The notes beneath the pieces are model-generated. The model was not told the origin of the DNA. It made no database searches and saw only the letters and a list, made by a program, of their open reading frames with translations. From assembly GCA_963663025.1 (NCBI GenBank), contig OY760073.1:1833354-1897353 (forward strand): a stretch of DNA of 64,000 bases, in the 5' to 3' direction. Every line of letters begins with the position of its first letter. Within the stretch, counting starts at the first letter, position 1. Both the position numbers and the translations under genes were made by a program. This document shows, one piece after another, positions 8,711 to 19,063 of the stretch. This DNA comes from Dehalococcoidia bacterium (GTDB taxonomy: Bacteria > Chloroflexota > Dehalococcoidia > Lucifugimonadales > JAGWBF01).

Positions 8711-11700
8711 TCATCCTTGGCTACGACCCTGGACCCAGAAACTCCGACGCTGGAAGGGATAGTGCGGTATCCCGATACGACGACGCTCCTCGCCGGCGTA
8801 GAGGCCCGCGAAGGATATCCCCGCCCCGGCCTCGTAGGCTGCAGAGACGGCGTCCAGGAAACGGCGTTCCAGGTTTTCTGACCCGCCGTCGGGGCTGAGA
8901 AGGCCTTCGATAAATGCGGGACTCGGACCGCCGTCAGCGCCTTGGGGCCAGTAGGAGGAGAACGCCGGCCCTGAGGACGGGCCTACCTCGACGACCAGGT
9001 CCGCTCCGGCGCCGGCCAAGGCCCTTACGCAGCCCCTGAAGGCGTGGTTTTCATCGGACAGGCCCCGCCAGTGAGCTTCGCCTACGTCGTCGGACGGCTG
9101 GATCGCTCTCAGGAGCACGTTGCTGATCCAAGTTGAGGAGATCGTACCCGTCTGCGGCAGGGCCAGCTCCGGGCCTGCCAGGGAGGCCGCGAGGCGGCAT
9201 CCATCCTCCAGGCTGAAGAGGCCCGCCGCCCTGGCGGCGGCGATCTCGCCAGCCCCTCGGCCCAGCACCCTGTCGGGCTTGACCCCTACGCTCTCCCACA
9301 AGGCGGCGATGGCAGCTTGCATCGCATAGAGGGCCGGCTTCTGCCACGCGGGGTCTTGGAGGGAATGTTCTGTGCCTGCTGCCCCGAACATGACATCCAA
9401 CAGCGACACACCCCGTACATCCCGCATAACCTGGTCACACCGGTCCAGGACCGCTTTGGGAGCTGGACCGGACCGGTATAGGGCCTCGCCCATGTCGAGG
9501 TCAAGGTCTCCTTGTCCGGTGTATACGAAAGCCACGTTCACCATAGTGGTCCGCTCGGTAGCATCTGAATCATCTTCCGCCGCCGCTACGGTGCTGAGTT
9601 TCGCCTCCAGCTCGTCCGCATCTCCAAAGACCAATCCGGACCGATATGGGAAATGGCTGCGTCCCACTCCAGCAGTCCATGACATGTCTGCGAGAAGGCA
9701 CTCCCCTTCTTCAGGCAAGAGAACGGAATCGCGGCCCTCGAACCAGGACTGGTAGGACTTCGCCAGGTCCCGGAGGGCGGCAGGGGACTTGCCGGACAGG
9801 GGGAGCAGCCTGGCCATCCTTTCGGGGACATCGCCTTGGGATTGGTGGCCATTAATGGGCCTGTCGTAGCCTTCCAATATGAGGTGAGCGTTGGTGCCCG
9901 ATAGCCCGAAGGAGTTCACTGCCGAAAGGGGACGCCGGCTGGGAAGGGAAGGCCATTCGGTGACGTCGGAGGTGACCCGGACGGGCATCCGCTCCCAGTC
10001 GAAATTGGGATTCGGCTCCCGGAAGTTGAGGTGGGCCGGAATCGCACCCCTCTTCATCGCCAGCACAGCCTTCATCAAGCTGGCCATGCCCGCCGCCCAC
10101 TCGGCGTGTCCGATATTTGGCTTCACCGAGCCTACCAGGAGAGGCCGTTCCTGATCCCGACCCTCTCCGTACACTGCGGCTACGGCACGAAGCTCGATGG
10201 AGTCGCCCAGCTCCGTGCCGGTACCATGGGCCTCCATGTAGTCCACATCCGAAGGCAATACGCCTGCCCTCTCGAGGGCCTCGCGGATCAGTCGCTCTTG
10301 GGCCGGGCCCCTGGGCACCGGAAGGGCGGCGCTGGCCCCATTCTGGTTGACAGACGAGCCTCTTATCAGGGCCCAGATCCTGTCGCCGTCGGCTTCCGCA
10401 TCGCTGAGGCGCTTGAGGACCACCATGCCGCATCCTTCGCCACGGACAAAGCCGTCGGCAGAGGCATCGAAAGCGCTGCACATGCCCGAGGGAGACAGCA
10501 TTCCCATCTCGTGGTGAAATCGCACAATCGCGGGGGAGAGTGTAGCGTTCACGCCCCCCGCCAAGGCCATCTCCACCTCTCCCCGTTGCAGGGCTGCGGC
10601 GGCCTGGTGGAGGGCTGCCAAGGAGGATGCACAGGCCATATCCATAGGCATGGCCGGGCCCTCAAGACCCAGGACAAAGGCGATGCGACCGATCGCCAAA
10701 CTCCCGGCGGTCCCAAAGTAAAGGTCCTCCTGCCCCTTGGACGAGATCACGTCACGGTATTCGCTGAAACCAATGCCTACGTACACTCCAGTCTGGCTTC
10801 CCCTCAGACTCTCTGGGGCGATTCCAGCATCTTCCAAGGCATGCCAGGTGGTCTCCAGCAGCATGCGCTGCTGGGGGTCCATCATCCGAGCTTCTATCGG
10901 AGAGATGCGGAAGAACCTGTTGTCGAAACGGTCAATGCCCTCGACGAACCCCCCCCTTCTGTAGAGGATGTCGTCGGCTGCCGGGTCACCGGTAACTCCT
11001 GCCCAGTCCCCTTCGTCCTTTCGGCCATCGGACACTGCCACTCCACCCGATTCCAGGAGGTCCCAGAAGGATGCCAAGTCCGGGGCTCCGGGGAACCGGC
11101 ATGCCATGCCCACGATTGCCACTGGCTCACCCGTTGCCTCTCTTGTCACCCTGGGGCGAGCCGTTTCGGGATCATCAAGCGTCTCTGGGCTGCCGGTCCC
11201 AAGAGCCGAGCCCAGCTCTTCGCGCAAATGGGAGGCCAGGGCGTTCACGTTGGGATAGTCGAATACCGCCGTATTAGAAACCGTGCACAGCCCGGACAAG
11301 GCGCGATTCAGGCGGTTGCGCAGCTCCACGGACATGAGCGAGTCCATGCCGAGATCGAAGAAACCCACAGTCGGAGTTGGAGGAGCAGGCATGCGCAGCA
11401 CCGCCTGAACCTCCTTTTGCAAGAAGGAAACCAAGGCCTCCAGGGTCGTTGGCGCGGTCGCACCGCGAAGCTGCGCCAGCACATCTCCTGACGAGGCTGC
11501 AGTATCATCCGTATCGCCGCCGTCCGAGGAGAGCAGCTCTTCCAACAAAGGCGGACGTTCTCTCACAGCCTCTTCAAACACCGACCAGTCCACCGACATT
11601 ACCACTGACGTGGTCGAGTCCTGGCGCACGAGTCTTTCGAGGGCCTTGATGCCTTGCTCCGGAGTGAACCACCGCCCTCCCAAGGCTGCCCGTCTGCGTT

Positions 11701-14700
11701 CTATCCTCTCGCGCTGCTCCGCAGCCTCGCCGATCTCCGACCATGCTCCCCAAGCAATGGCCTGTCCCGGCAGGCCCAATGCCCGCCGGTGCCCCGCGAG
11801 CTGGTCCAAGAAGGCGTTCGCGGCCGCATGGTTGGCCTGGCCGGGGTTGCCCATAACACCGACACGACTGGAGAAGAGTATGAAGAAGTCCAGGTCCCGG
11901 TCCATAGTCGCACGATGCAAGTGCCAAGCCCCGATAATCTTTGGGCGCAACACCTGTTCGAAACTAGCCCACGTCTGATTTTCGAGGGCGGCGTCCGAGA
12001 GCACACCTACGCTGTGGATAACCCCGCCAAGGGGAGGCAGCCCTCCGTCGATGCGTTCAAGCATAGCGTCCATAGCTTCGGCGTCAGTAACGTCTGCCAG
12101 CTCAACACGGATGTCGGCTCCACGCTGCCTGAGGGCTTCGATGGCATCTTCGGCGTCCGGGTCCGAGGGCCGCCGGCCGTTCAGTACGATGACTCCCGCT
12201 CCGTGGTCGGCAAGCCAAGCGGCTACGGCGCATCCGATGCCACCAAGACCTCCAGTGACAAGGTAGGTCCGGTCGGCACGGAGCCGCCCATCCATGATGG
12301 GCGATGGCGTCAACACTATCTTCCCCATATGTCGGGCCGATCGCATGAACCCCAGGGCTGCTCCCGCCTCTGCTAGCGGCCACCTGCTGTGGACGAGGGG
12401 CCTCAGCTGTCCCGCCGAAAGCTGCGCCATCACTTCTCGAAGGACCACTCCAACCTCGCCGGGAACGGTCTTTTTCATAACGTCCAACTCGAGGATCGCA
12501 TAAGCCACGTCGGGGCGCAGCGCCGCCATCTCCTCCTCGCTCAGGATGTCTCTCCTGGCCAATTCAACAAAGCGACCGCCGTGGGCGAGACAGGAGAGGC
12601 TGGCGTCAATAAAGCCTTCACTCGTAAGGCTGTTGAGCACTACGTGGACGCCTTCCCCGCCGGTGGCTTCGAGTATCTCTTCGGCAAACTTTGTCTGTCG
12701 GCTATCGAAGACGTGCTTTACGCCAAGGGACCTCAAGTACCCCTGCTTTGGTGCGCTGGCTGTTGCGAACACCTCGGCGCCTGCGGCCTGTGCAAGCTGT
12801 ATAGCCGCTAGTCCAACACCGCCCGCGCCGGCGTGTATCAGGACTCGATCACCGGCCTCCAGTCCCGAGAACTGGTAGGAAAGGGCGGCCGATACGAATG
12901 CGCTAGGGATTGTTGCCAGGGACGAAGCGGATATGACCGAGGGCGCTGGCGCCACCAGTTCCTCCCGTGTGACAATCTCAGGCCCGAAAGCCCCGAATCC
13001 CAGACCAACCACACGGTCGCCGACTGAGACGCTTGACACATCTTGACCTATGTCGAGGACGTATCCGCACATTTCCCGCCCCAGGTCCCCCTCTTCGATG
13101 AAGCCGAGAGAGCGGAACACATCCCAGAAGTTCAGGCCGGTAGCTTCAACCGAAACGCGAACTTCCCTTGGATCTAGGGAACGCACTGGAAGGCGCTTGA
13201 CTTCGGGACGGTCGAACACGCCCTTCTGATTTGGAGCCAGCACCCAGTCCGGGTCCTCCGGCAGGGCCAGCCGCTCGCCTGCGGCACCGCGACGGACTAG
13301 ACGAGCAGATTGGCGGCGACCCTGCCGATAGGCGATGTGGTTCTCCCGGTCGGGATGCATCAACTCATTCAAGAGGTCCGACATCGGGACCGGTGTGGCT
13401 GATTCCAAATCAATCATCCGAGGTTGGAGGTGGGGCGCTTCCAGGGACACAACCTTGCCCATGCCCCAGAGCACTGCGCCCACAAGCTCCCCATTCGGTT
13501 CCCGCTCCAGTACTTGGGACCCTCGCGTAAGGAACCACACCCCCTTTTCCGGCGTTAAACCTGCGTCGCCCATGCCCTGAACCAGGGCCAGCGCACTGGC
13601 GCCAACATGCCGCAGGTCTTCTTCTATCTCCCCAGTGGTCGCTCCTGGACCATGCCCCTCCAAACCATGGAGATGTACCATGCCACTAAAGGGAACATCC
13701 TTTGGCAGTCCCTCGAGGAGAGAGCGCCAAGATTCGCGGCTGCCCATATCTGCGGAAGACTCGGAAACGACGCTGTCTGCCCCTACGTGCCCGACACCAT
13801 CCGAAGCAGCGTCTCGCGCAAGAACTACCATCTGGTTACGTGCAGCCAAAGCCCCGGCAATCTCCTCGGCAACACCACCACGGTCCGCCGTTAGTATCCA
13901 CAGGCCAGGAGGCTCGGCGACGTGCGCAGGACCCTGGGCCACGATCACGCCTTTGTCCAGCATCTCATGGGTGTAGGAGTCATCCACACCCAGTACCTCG
14001 GCTCCCTCAAAACCCGCATCCCTGAGTGCCTGTCGCCACACTGGAGGGCCCGCCAGGGCATGATTCGGGCGGTAGGAGTCGGCATACCGCCACCAGCCAT
14101 CAAGCTGCCCAAACGTAAGGTCCATCCAGCCCAGGCCACGAAGGTTTTCTAGGGCTACCAGGTGGCCCGATGGGGCGAGTAGGTCAAGGCAGTGGCCCAG
14201 GGTCTCCTCCAGGTACCGGGTGGCGTGGAGCACGTTGGAGGCGATCAGGATATCGTAGCCATGGGAATCAAAGCCCTGGGCTATGGGGTCTCTCTCGATA
14301 TCCAGCGGACGGTACTCGATGCCGTCAGTGCCGAACCGCGCCTCCGCCTCAGCAAAGAAGCCGGCTGATATGTCCGTGTACGTATAGTCGAATTGCCCCT
14401 CAGACAGCTCCGGCAATACTGATGCTGTAGCAGACCCGGTACCTGCCCCAACCTCGATCACCCTGAGACGTCGTCCATTGGGCAGGGCGGCCACCAGCTT
14501 CTGGACGGCGTCGGCCAGCATCCGGTTCGCGGCACGTGCCACCGGGGCTTTCAGGTACAGGTCGGCGGCAGTTGGTTCTCCACTGCTGAAAAGCAGTGTC
14601 AGGGGGTCGGCCTGACCTCGGAGCACCTCGGCAAGGGCCTTTCCTGAACGGAGAAACAGGCCGATCTCCGTCTGGCCGTCGGAATACGTGCTCGCCATCT

Positions 14701-17700
14701 TCGCTGCGTACTCTTCCAGGTCGCGAGGCATCGCTTCCGGCAGCGGGGCTTCCGGCCCAACGATGACGGCGAACCCTTCACCCTTCTCTTCCAGCACCCC
14801 TGACCTGACAAGCATTTCGAGCATCCGCCGGAACAGGCGGCTGTGATCCGGGAGGACGTCCAGGCGCTGCCTCAGCTCCTCGCTGTCCACCTCTTCACCT
14901 TTAGAACGCTGCCAACCCAGTTCCTCCAGCGTTGCGAGGCTGCGAGACCATGACCATCGCTCCAGATCGGCCAGCAGATCATTCCGGCCTTTAGGGTCAA
15001 CGCCTGCCTCCGACAGGTACGTAGTGAACAACGGCGTACCTGCGGCGACTTCGTCGGTAGAAGGGAAGAAATCTGCCGACTTTATTCCCGATGGAAGGGC
15101 GCGATCTTGCCAGATGACCTCGTATAGCAGGTCATCAATCCCTTCGACTGCCGAGAGCAGAGCGGCCCTCGTAGCCCGCTTTACCGTGTACCCTTTAAGC
15201 CCACCAAGCAGCGCTCCGCTGGGGTCGTAGATGCGCAACTCGCCGCTTAGCACCTCGGCCGGCCCGACCGACGATTCCCCCTCCTGATCGGTCTCATTCA
15301 TACGTACGTGGCAGAGAATCCGGTCGGGAAGACGGTTTGTCAGCCACAGGCGCTCCCAGCCAAAGGGCAGGTAGGTAGCCTCCTCGGGGCCGATACCCAT
15401 GTTGCGTGCCACACCGACCACCTGAAAGCAGCCATCCAGCAGGAGCGGATGCACATCCAGCGGGTTTCGACCCAGGACCTCCGGCAAGGCCACTTCACCC
15501 AGTGCCTCTCCCGGGCCAGACCAGCACCTTCCCAACGTGCGGAACAGCGGTCCCAGGTCGATTCCGGTGTCAGACTTGGCGCGATAGTATGCCGGCACAT
15601 CTGCCGGAGACAGACGTCTCTTTAGCTCTTCCAGATCGATACGTTCAGCTGCATCGGGCAACCGAGGGTCGGAAACTATGTGACCCTCTATGTGCATCGT
15701 CCATTTCTCGTCAGACCCCTTGCTGAAAAGCTGGACGCGGCGCGAAGGGCCTTGATCGTCGATGTCGAGCACGATCTGAATCTTCCGAGTATCTTCGGTC
15801 GTAGCGCCCCCCGAGGCCTCCTCGGAAAAGACCAAGGGACTGTGGAGCTGCAACTCGTCCACCACGCTCCATCGGCCCCCTTCAGCAAGAGCGGCTGAAG
15901 CCGCCATAGCCCCATACAGGGCCCCCGGCGCCACAAGCCTGCCGAAGACTCTGTGGTCCTTCAGCCAGGCTGGCTCCGAAGGGGACACTTCATTCTCGTA
16001 AGTGACCTCCCCGCGAGCCGACTCATGCCGGATGCCCATCAAGGGATGCCCAGTACGGGGACGTTCTGACCTCGAAGTCTCTATCCAGTAACGTTCGCGC
16101 TGGAAGGGATAGCTCGGCAAAGAGACCCGGCGTCGGGATTCACCTGCGAATAGCCCATCAAAGGAGATCTCCAGACCGGCTTCGTATGCTTCCGCCACTG
16201 CGCAAACGAAGCTGCATTCCGGTTCCACCGTCGTGCCGTTCCGCGGCGGACGCCTCAGACTGGCCAGCACCACCGGTGCACTTGAAACGGCCTGCTGCCC
16301 GTCTCCATCGGGCCAAGCCTGGCTGGCCATAGGCCCCAGAACCGCATGGGGGCCTACCTCTACAATCATGTCAACACCGAGGTGCGCCAACGCCTTGACA
16401 CCGTCGGCGAACGCCACCGGCTCCCGAGCATGGCGCCTCCAGTAAGCCGCGTCCAGCGCCATGTCGGGGCCCACCGGCTGGCCAGTGAGGTTGCTGATGA
16501 CGGTTAGGGAGGGAGACATGGTCGCCACACCCTCCAGGTAAGTCTCAAGTGGGTCCAGGGCTGGGTCCAGAAGGGCGCTGTGGAAGGCACGAGAGGTGTT
16601 CAGCCGGCGTACCCCGATGCTCTGGGACTCGAAGTGGGACGTAGCGGCTTCTATGCCCTCCACAGGGCCGCTTACCACGATGTGGCTGCCATTGTCGGCG
16701 GCGATGCTCAACCCAACCCCGTTGGATGATGAATTCAAAGCTTGGACTTCAGACTCCACGCGCGCCCTTGGTGCAAAGACCGCGGCCATCGCACCCGGTT
16801 CCGTTGCTGATAGAAGCGTGCCCCGCGTGGCGGCGAACCGCATCCCGTCTTCCAGGCTGAATGCGCCAGCCGCCTGTGCGGCCGCTATCTCACCAACACT
16901 ATGGCCCAGCACCACGCTGGGCTGAACTCCCACACTTGACCATAGCGCCGTCACAGCGCATTCCAGCGCATAAAGGGCGGGTTGCTCCCACGCTGTGTCA
17001 GACAGGTCTCCCTTGGTGCCGGGACGACCGAACATCACGTCCAGCAGAGAGGCGCCCCTTATATCCTGGAACACCTCCTCACACCGGTCCAATACCGCCC
17101 TGGCCACGGGTTCGGTTTCGTAGAGGTCCTGACCCATGCCCAGCCACTGGCTTCCCTGCCCCGTGTAAACGAAGGCCACCTTGGAGGCCGCCCGAGGCTC
17201 CGTGCCCGTGCCAGGTTCGGCCAGCGTTTCGAGCCCCTTCCTCAACGATGCAGCATCGTGGAACACAGCGCCTGCTCGGCAATCTAGATGACTTCTCCCG
17301 ACCCCGGCCGTCCACGCCATGTCCGACAACGTCGGTTCCCAGGCCGCCCCTTCGGAACCAGCTTCTTCTTCCTGTTTGTCGAGCCAAGACAAGTAAGCTT
17401 TGGCAAGGTCCTTAAGCGCCGGCTCCGACTTCCCGGATAGGGGCAGAAACCTTGCTTTGCGCTGGCTGCTCTCTTCCTTGGGCGATGGCAATTCGACCAT
17501 AGGAGCCGGCAGCGAAACCCCCACAGCCCGGGATGGGCCGGCAGTCTGGGCGCTTGAGGCAGTTGCGCCGTTCGAGCCGAGATACTCTTCCACCACGATG
17601 TGGGAGTTTGTGCCTGTTATTCCGAAGGAGTTGACCCCTGCCAGTCGCGGCAGCTCCCGGCGGCGCGGCCAGTCCATCATGGTTGATGTCACTTGCAGGG

Positions 17701-18877
17701 GCTGATTCTCCCAGTCGAAACTCGGGTGGGGATCGTGGAAATGCAGGTGCTTGGGGATCACACCCTTCTTCACCACAAGGGCTGCCTTAATCAGCCCGGC
17801 GATTCCTGCGGCCGATTCCAGGTGGCCGATGTTTGTCTTCACGGAACCGATCAAGAGCGGGCGGTCTGCTTCACGATCCTGTCCATATACGCTGGCCACA
17901 GCATCGAGTTCGACAGGGTCGCCTACGGCCGTTCCGGTGCCGTGCGCCTCGATAAAGTCGATCTCCCGTGGATTGACTTCGGCGTCTGCGAGGGCTGTTT
18001 CCATCACCTGGATCAGCGCCGGTGTGTGAGGAACGGTCAGGCCGATGCCGGTCCCGCCATTGTTGACAGCCGAACCCCTGATGACCGCCCATATCGGATC
18101 GCCGTCAGCCTCGGCTTCCCCTAGGCGCTTCAGTACGACGACTCCGCATCCTTCACCCCGCACATACCCGTTGGCGGACGCATCGAAGGTCTTGCATTGC
18201 CCGTCGGGGGACAGCATCATGGCCTCGGCTCGTAGCTGGTACACGCGCCCGTTCATGATGGCCTGCACGCCGCCCGCGATGGCCAGGTCCGTCCTACCCT
18301 GCTGGAGGTCTGCTACCGCGTCATGCACCGCTACCATGGCCGAGGCGCAAGCTGCGTCAACGGCCTTGGCAGGTCCCATAAGACCCAAAACGAAGGAGAC
18401 CCGCCCGCTGGTGCCGTTCAGGTTGGTCCCGCTGAGGGCATAGAGGCTTCCCGCGGCCTCGGTGGGCCTCATGGTGTCCAGGACCAGCATTCGGTATTCG
18501 TCATTGCTAATCCCGGTGTAGACGCCGGTCCGGCTCCCCTTCAGCGTGTCGGGATTGATCGCAGCATCCTCGAGAGCGAGCCAGCTCATCTCCAGCATCA
18601 TGCGCTGCTGCGGGTCCAGCAGATTCGCCTCTACCGGCGAAATGCGGAAGAAAGGAGCATCGAACTGATCGATATCATCGACGAAAGCACCGTACCTGCA
18701 CGCCTCGTTCTGGACATCCGAATCGCGGATGATGTTGCCCAGACGGCCGACGCCAGAACCGGGCACCCCCTGGGTGATTGCATTGCCTCCCGACTCCAGG
18801 AGCTTCCAGAAGGACGCCAGGTCCGGGGCGCCGGGGAACTTACAGGCCATGCCAACGATGGCGATAGGATCATTCAT
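8711..18877 (-). CDS. Type I polyketide synthase: KS-AT-DH-cMT-ER-KR-ACP-KS-truncated AT
   Basis: Approximate domain map in nt: KS1 17588-18871 (DAACAS, EAHGTGT, NIGH). AT1 16268-17182 (GHSVGE, RAFHS, malonyl-type). DH 15158-16060 (HRVFGRLVAP, DGCFQ). cMT 13928-14680 (VIEVGAGTG, NVLHAT). ER 12308-13270 (HAGAGGVG). KR 11723-12280 (TGGLGGIG, but GQANHAAAN). ACP 11213-11470 (GMDSLMS). KS2 9866-11128 (MACASS, EAHGTGT, NIGH). AT remnant 8714-9544 (GRGAG instead of GHSxG). Confidence 0.95.
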   Translation of the reverse strand: MNDPIAIVGMACKFPGAPDLASFWKLLESGGNAITQGVPGSGVGRLGNIIRDSDVQNEACRYGAFVDDIDQFDAPFFRISPVEANLLDPQQRMMLEMSWLALEDAAINPDTLKGSRTGVYTGISNDEYRMLVLDTMRPTEAAGSLYALSGTNLNGTSGRVSFVLGLMGPAKAVDAACASAMVAVHDAVADLQQGRTDLAIAGGVQAIMNGRVYQLRAEAMMLSPDGQCKTFDASANGYVRGEGCGVVVLKRLGEAEADGDPIWAVIRGSAVNNGGTGIGLTVPHTPALIQVMETALADAEVNPREIDFIEAHGTGTAVGDPVELDAVASVYGQDREADRPLLIGSVKTNIGHLESAAGIAGLIKAALVVKKGVIPKHLHFHDPHPSFDWENQPLQVTSTMMDWPRRRELPRLAGVNSFGITGTNSHIVVEEYLGSNGATASSAQTAGPSRAVGVSLPAPMVELPSPKEESSQRKARFLPLSGKSEPALKDLAKAYLSWLDKQEEEAGSEGAAWEPTLSDMAWTAGVGRSHLDCRAGAVFHDAASLRKGLETLAEPGTGTEPRAASKVAFVYTGQGSQWLGMGQDLYETEPVARAVLDRCEEVFQDIRGASLLDVMFGRPGTKGDLSDTAWEQPALYALECAVTALWSSVGVQPSVVLGHSVGEIAAAQAAGAFSLEDGMRFAATRGTLLSATEPGAMAAVFAPRARVESEVQALNSSSNGVGLSIAADNGSHIVVSGPVEGIEAATSHFESQSIGVRRLNTSRAFHSALLDPALDPLETYLEGVATMSPSLTVISNLTGQPVGPDMALDAAYWRRHAREPVAFADGVKALAHLGVDMIVEVGPHAVLGPMASQAWPDGDGQQAVSSAPVVLASLRRPPRNGTTVEPECSFVCAVAEAYEAGLEISFDGLFAGESRRRVSLPSYPFQRERYWIETSRSERPRTGHPLMGIRHESARGEVTYENEVSPSEPAWLKDHRVFGRLVAPGALYGAMAASAALAEGGRWSVVDELQLHSPLVFSEEASGGATTEDTRKIQIVLDIDDQGPSRRVQLFSKGSDEKWTMHIEGHIVSDPRLPDAAERIDLEELKRRLSPADVPAYYRAKSDTGIDLGPLFRTLGRCWSGPGEALGEVALPEVLGRNPLDVHPLLLDGCFQVVGVARNMGIGPEEATYLPFGWERLWLTNRLPDRILCHVRMNETDQEGESSVGPAEVLSGELRIYDPSGALLGGLKGYTVKRATRAALLSAVEGIDDLLYEVIWQDRALPSGIKSADFFPSTDEVAAGTPLFTTYLSEAGVDPKGRNDLLADLERWSWSRSLATLEELGWQRSKGEEVDSEELRQRLDVLPDHSRLFRRMLEMLVRSGVLEEKGEGFAVIVGPEAPLPEAMPRDLEEYAAKMASTYSDGQTEIGLFLRSGKALAEVLRGQADPLTLLFSSGEPTAADLYLKAPVARAANRMLADAVQKLVAALPNGRRLRVIEVGAGTGSATASVLPELSEGQFDYTYTDISAGFFAEAEARFGTDGIEYRPLDIERDPIAQGFDSHGYDILIASNVLHATRYLEETLGHCLDLLAPSGHLVALENLRGLGWMDLTFGQLDGWWRYADSYRPNHALAGPPVWRQALRDAGFEGAEVLGVDDSYTHEMLDKGVIVAQGPAHVAEPPGLWILTADRGGVAEEIAGALAARNQMVVLARDAASDGVGHVGADSVVSESSADMGSRESWRSLLEGLPKDVPFSGMVHLHGLEGHGPGATTGEIEEDLRHVGASALALVQGMGDAGLTPEKGVWFLTRGSQVLEREPNGELVGAVLWGMGKVVSLEAPHLQPRMIDLESATPVPMSDLLNELMHPDRENHIAYRQGRRQSARLVRRGAAGERLALPEDPDWVLAPNQKGVFDRPEVKRLPVRSLDPREVRVSVEATGLNFWDVFRSLGFIEEGDLGREMCGYVLDIGQDVSSVSVGDRVVGLGFGAFGPEIVTREELVAPAPSVISASSLATIPSAFVSAALSYQFSGLEAGDRVLIHAGAGGVGLAAIQLAQAAGAEVFATASAPKQGYLRSLGVKHVFDSRQTKFAEEILEATGGEGVHVVLNSLTSEGFIDASLSCLAHGGRFVELARRDILSEEEMAALRPDVAYAILELDVMKKTVPGEVGVVLREVMAQLSAGQLRPLVHSRWPLAEAGAALGFMRSARHMGKIVLTPSPIMDGRLRADRTYLVTGGLGGIGCAVAAWLADHGAGVIVLNGRRPSDPDAEDAIEALRQRGADIRVELADVTDAEAMDAMLERIDGGLPPLGGVIHSVGVLSDAALENQTWASFEQVLRPKIIGAWHLHRATMDRDLDFFILFSSRVGVMGNPGQANHAAANAFLDQLAGHRRALGLPGQAIAWGAWSEIGEAAEQRERIERRRAALGGRWFTPEQGIKALERLVRQDSTTSVVMSVDWSVFEEAVRERPPLLEELLSSDGGDTDDTAASSGDVLAQLRGATAPTTLEALVSFLQKEVQAVLRMPAPPTPTVGFFDLGMDSLMSVELRNRLNRALSGLCTVSNTAVFDYPNVNALASHLREELGSALGTGSPETLDDPETARPRVTREATGEPVAIVGMACRFPGAPDLASFWDLLESGGVAVSDGRKDEGDWAGVTGDPAADDILYRRGGFVEGIDRFDNRFFRISPIEARMMDPQQRMLLETTWHALEDAGIAPESLRGSQTGVYVGIGFSEYRDVISSKGQEDLYFGTAGSLAIGRIAFVLGLEGPAMPMDMACASSLAALHQAAAALQRGEVEMALAGGVNATLSPAIVRFHHEMGMLSPSGMCSAFDASADGFVRGEGCGMVVLKRLSDAEADGDRIWALIRGSSVNQNGASAALPVPRGPAQERLIREALERAGVLPSDVDYMEAHGTGTELGDSIELRAVAAVYGEGRDQERPLLVGSVKPNIGHAEWAAGMASLMKAVLAMKRGAIPAHLNFREPNPNFDWERMPVRVTSDVTEWPSLPSRRPLSAVNSFGLSGTNAHLILEGYDRPINGHQSQGDVPERMARLLPLSGKSPAALRDLAKSYQSWFEGRDSVLLPEEGECLLADMSWTAGVGRSHFPYRSGLVFGDADELEAKLSTVAAAEDDSDATERTTMVNVAFVYTGQGDLDLDMGEALYRSGPAPKAVLDRCDQVMRDVRGVSLLDVMFGAAGTEHSLQDPAWQKPALYAMQAAIAALWESVGVKPDRVLGRGAGEIAAARAAGLFSLEDGCRLAASLAGPELALPQTGTISSTWISNVLLRAIQPSDDVGEAHWRGLSDENHAFRGCVRALAGAGADLVVEVGPSSGPAFSSYWPQGADGGPSPAFIEGLLSPDGGSENLERRFLDAVSAAYEAGAGISFAGLYAGEERRRIGIPHYPFQRRSFWVQGRSQG

Positions 18878-19063
18878 TGGGGAAACTCCCGTACTGCTCC
18901 CTTCCGGAGGCGTATTGGTGCTTCCGAAATTCTACCATTCCGCGAGAGCACGGGACATAGAACAGCAGCCCCAGGACGGTGGCGGATTAGGCAGTAGCTC
19001 CGCCTTTCCGCCACCTCCAGCTTCCGTATCCCCTCCAAGAAGGACGCCGAGGGAGACGCAGGC

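Noticed and set aside
10031-11491. Long plus-strand ORFs inside the PKS (10031..11491, 11654..12376, 16861..17415, 18323..18997 and others)
   Set aside because: They are antisense to a CDS with unmistakable KS/AT/KR motifs. They are typical high-GC shadow ORFs with Arg/Pro/Gly-rich junk translations.
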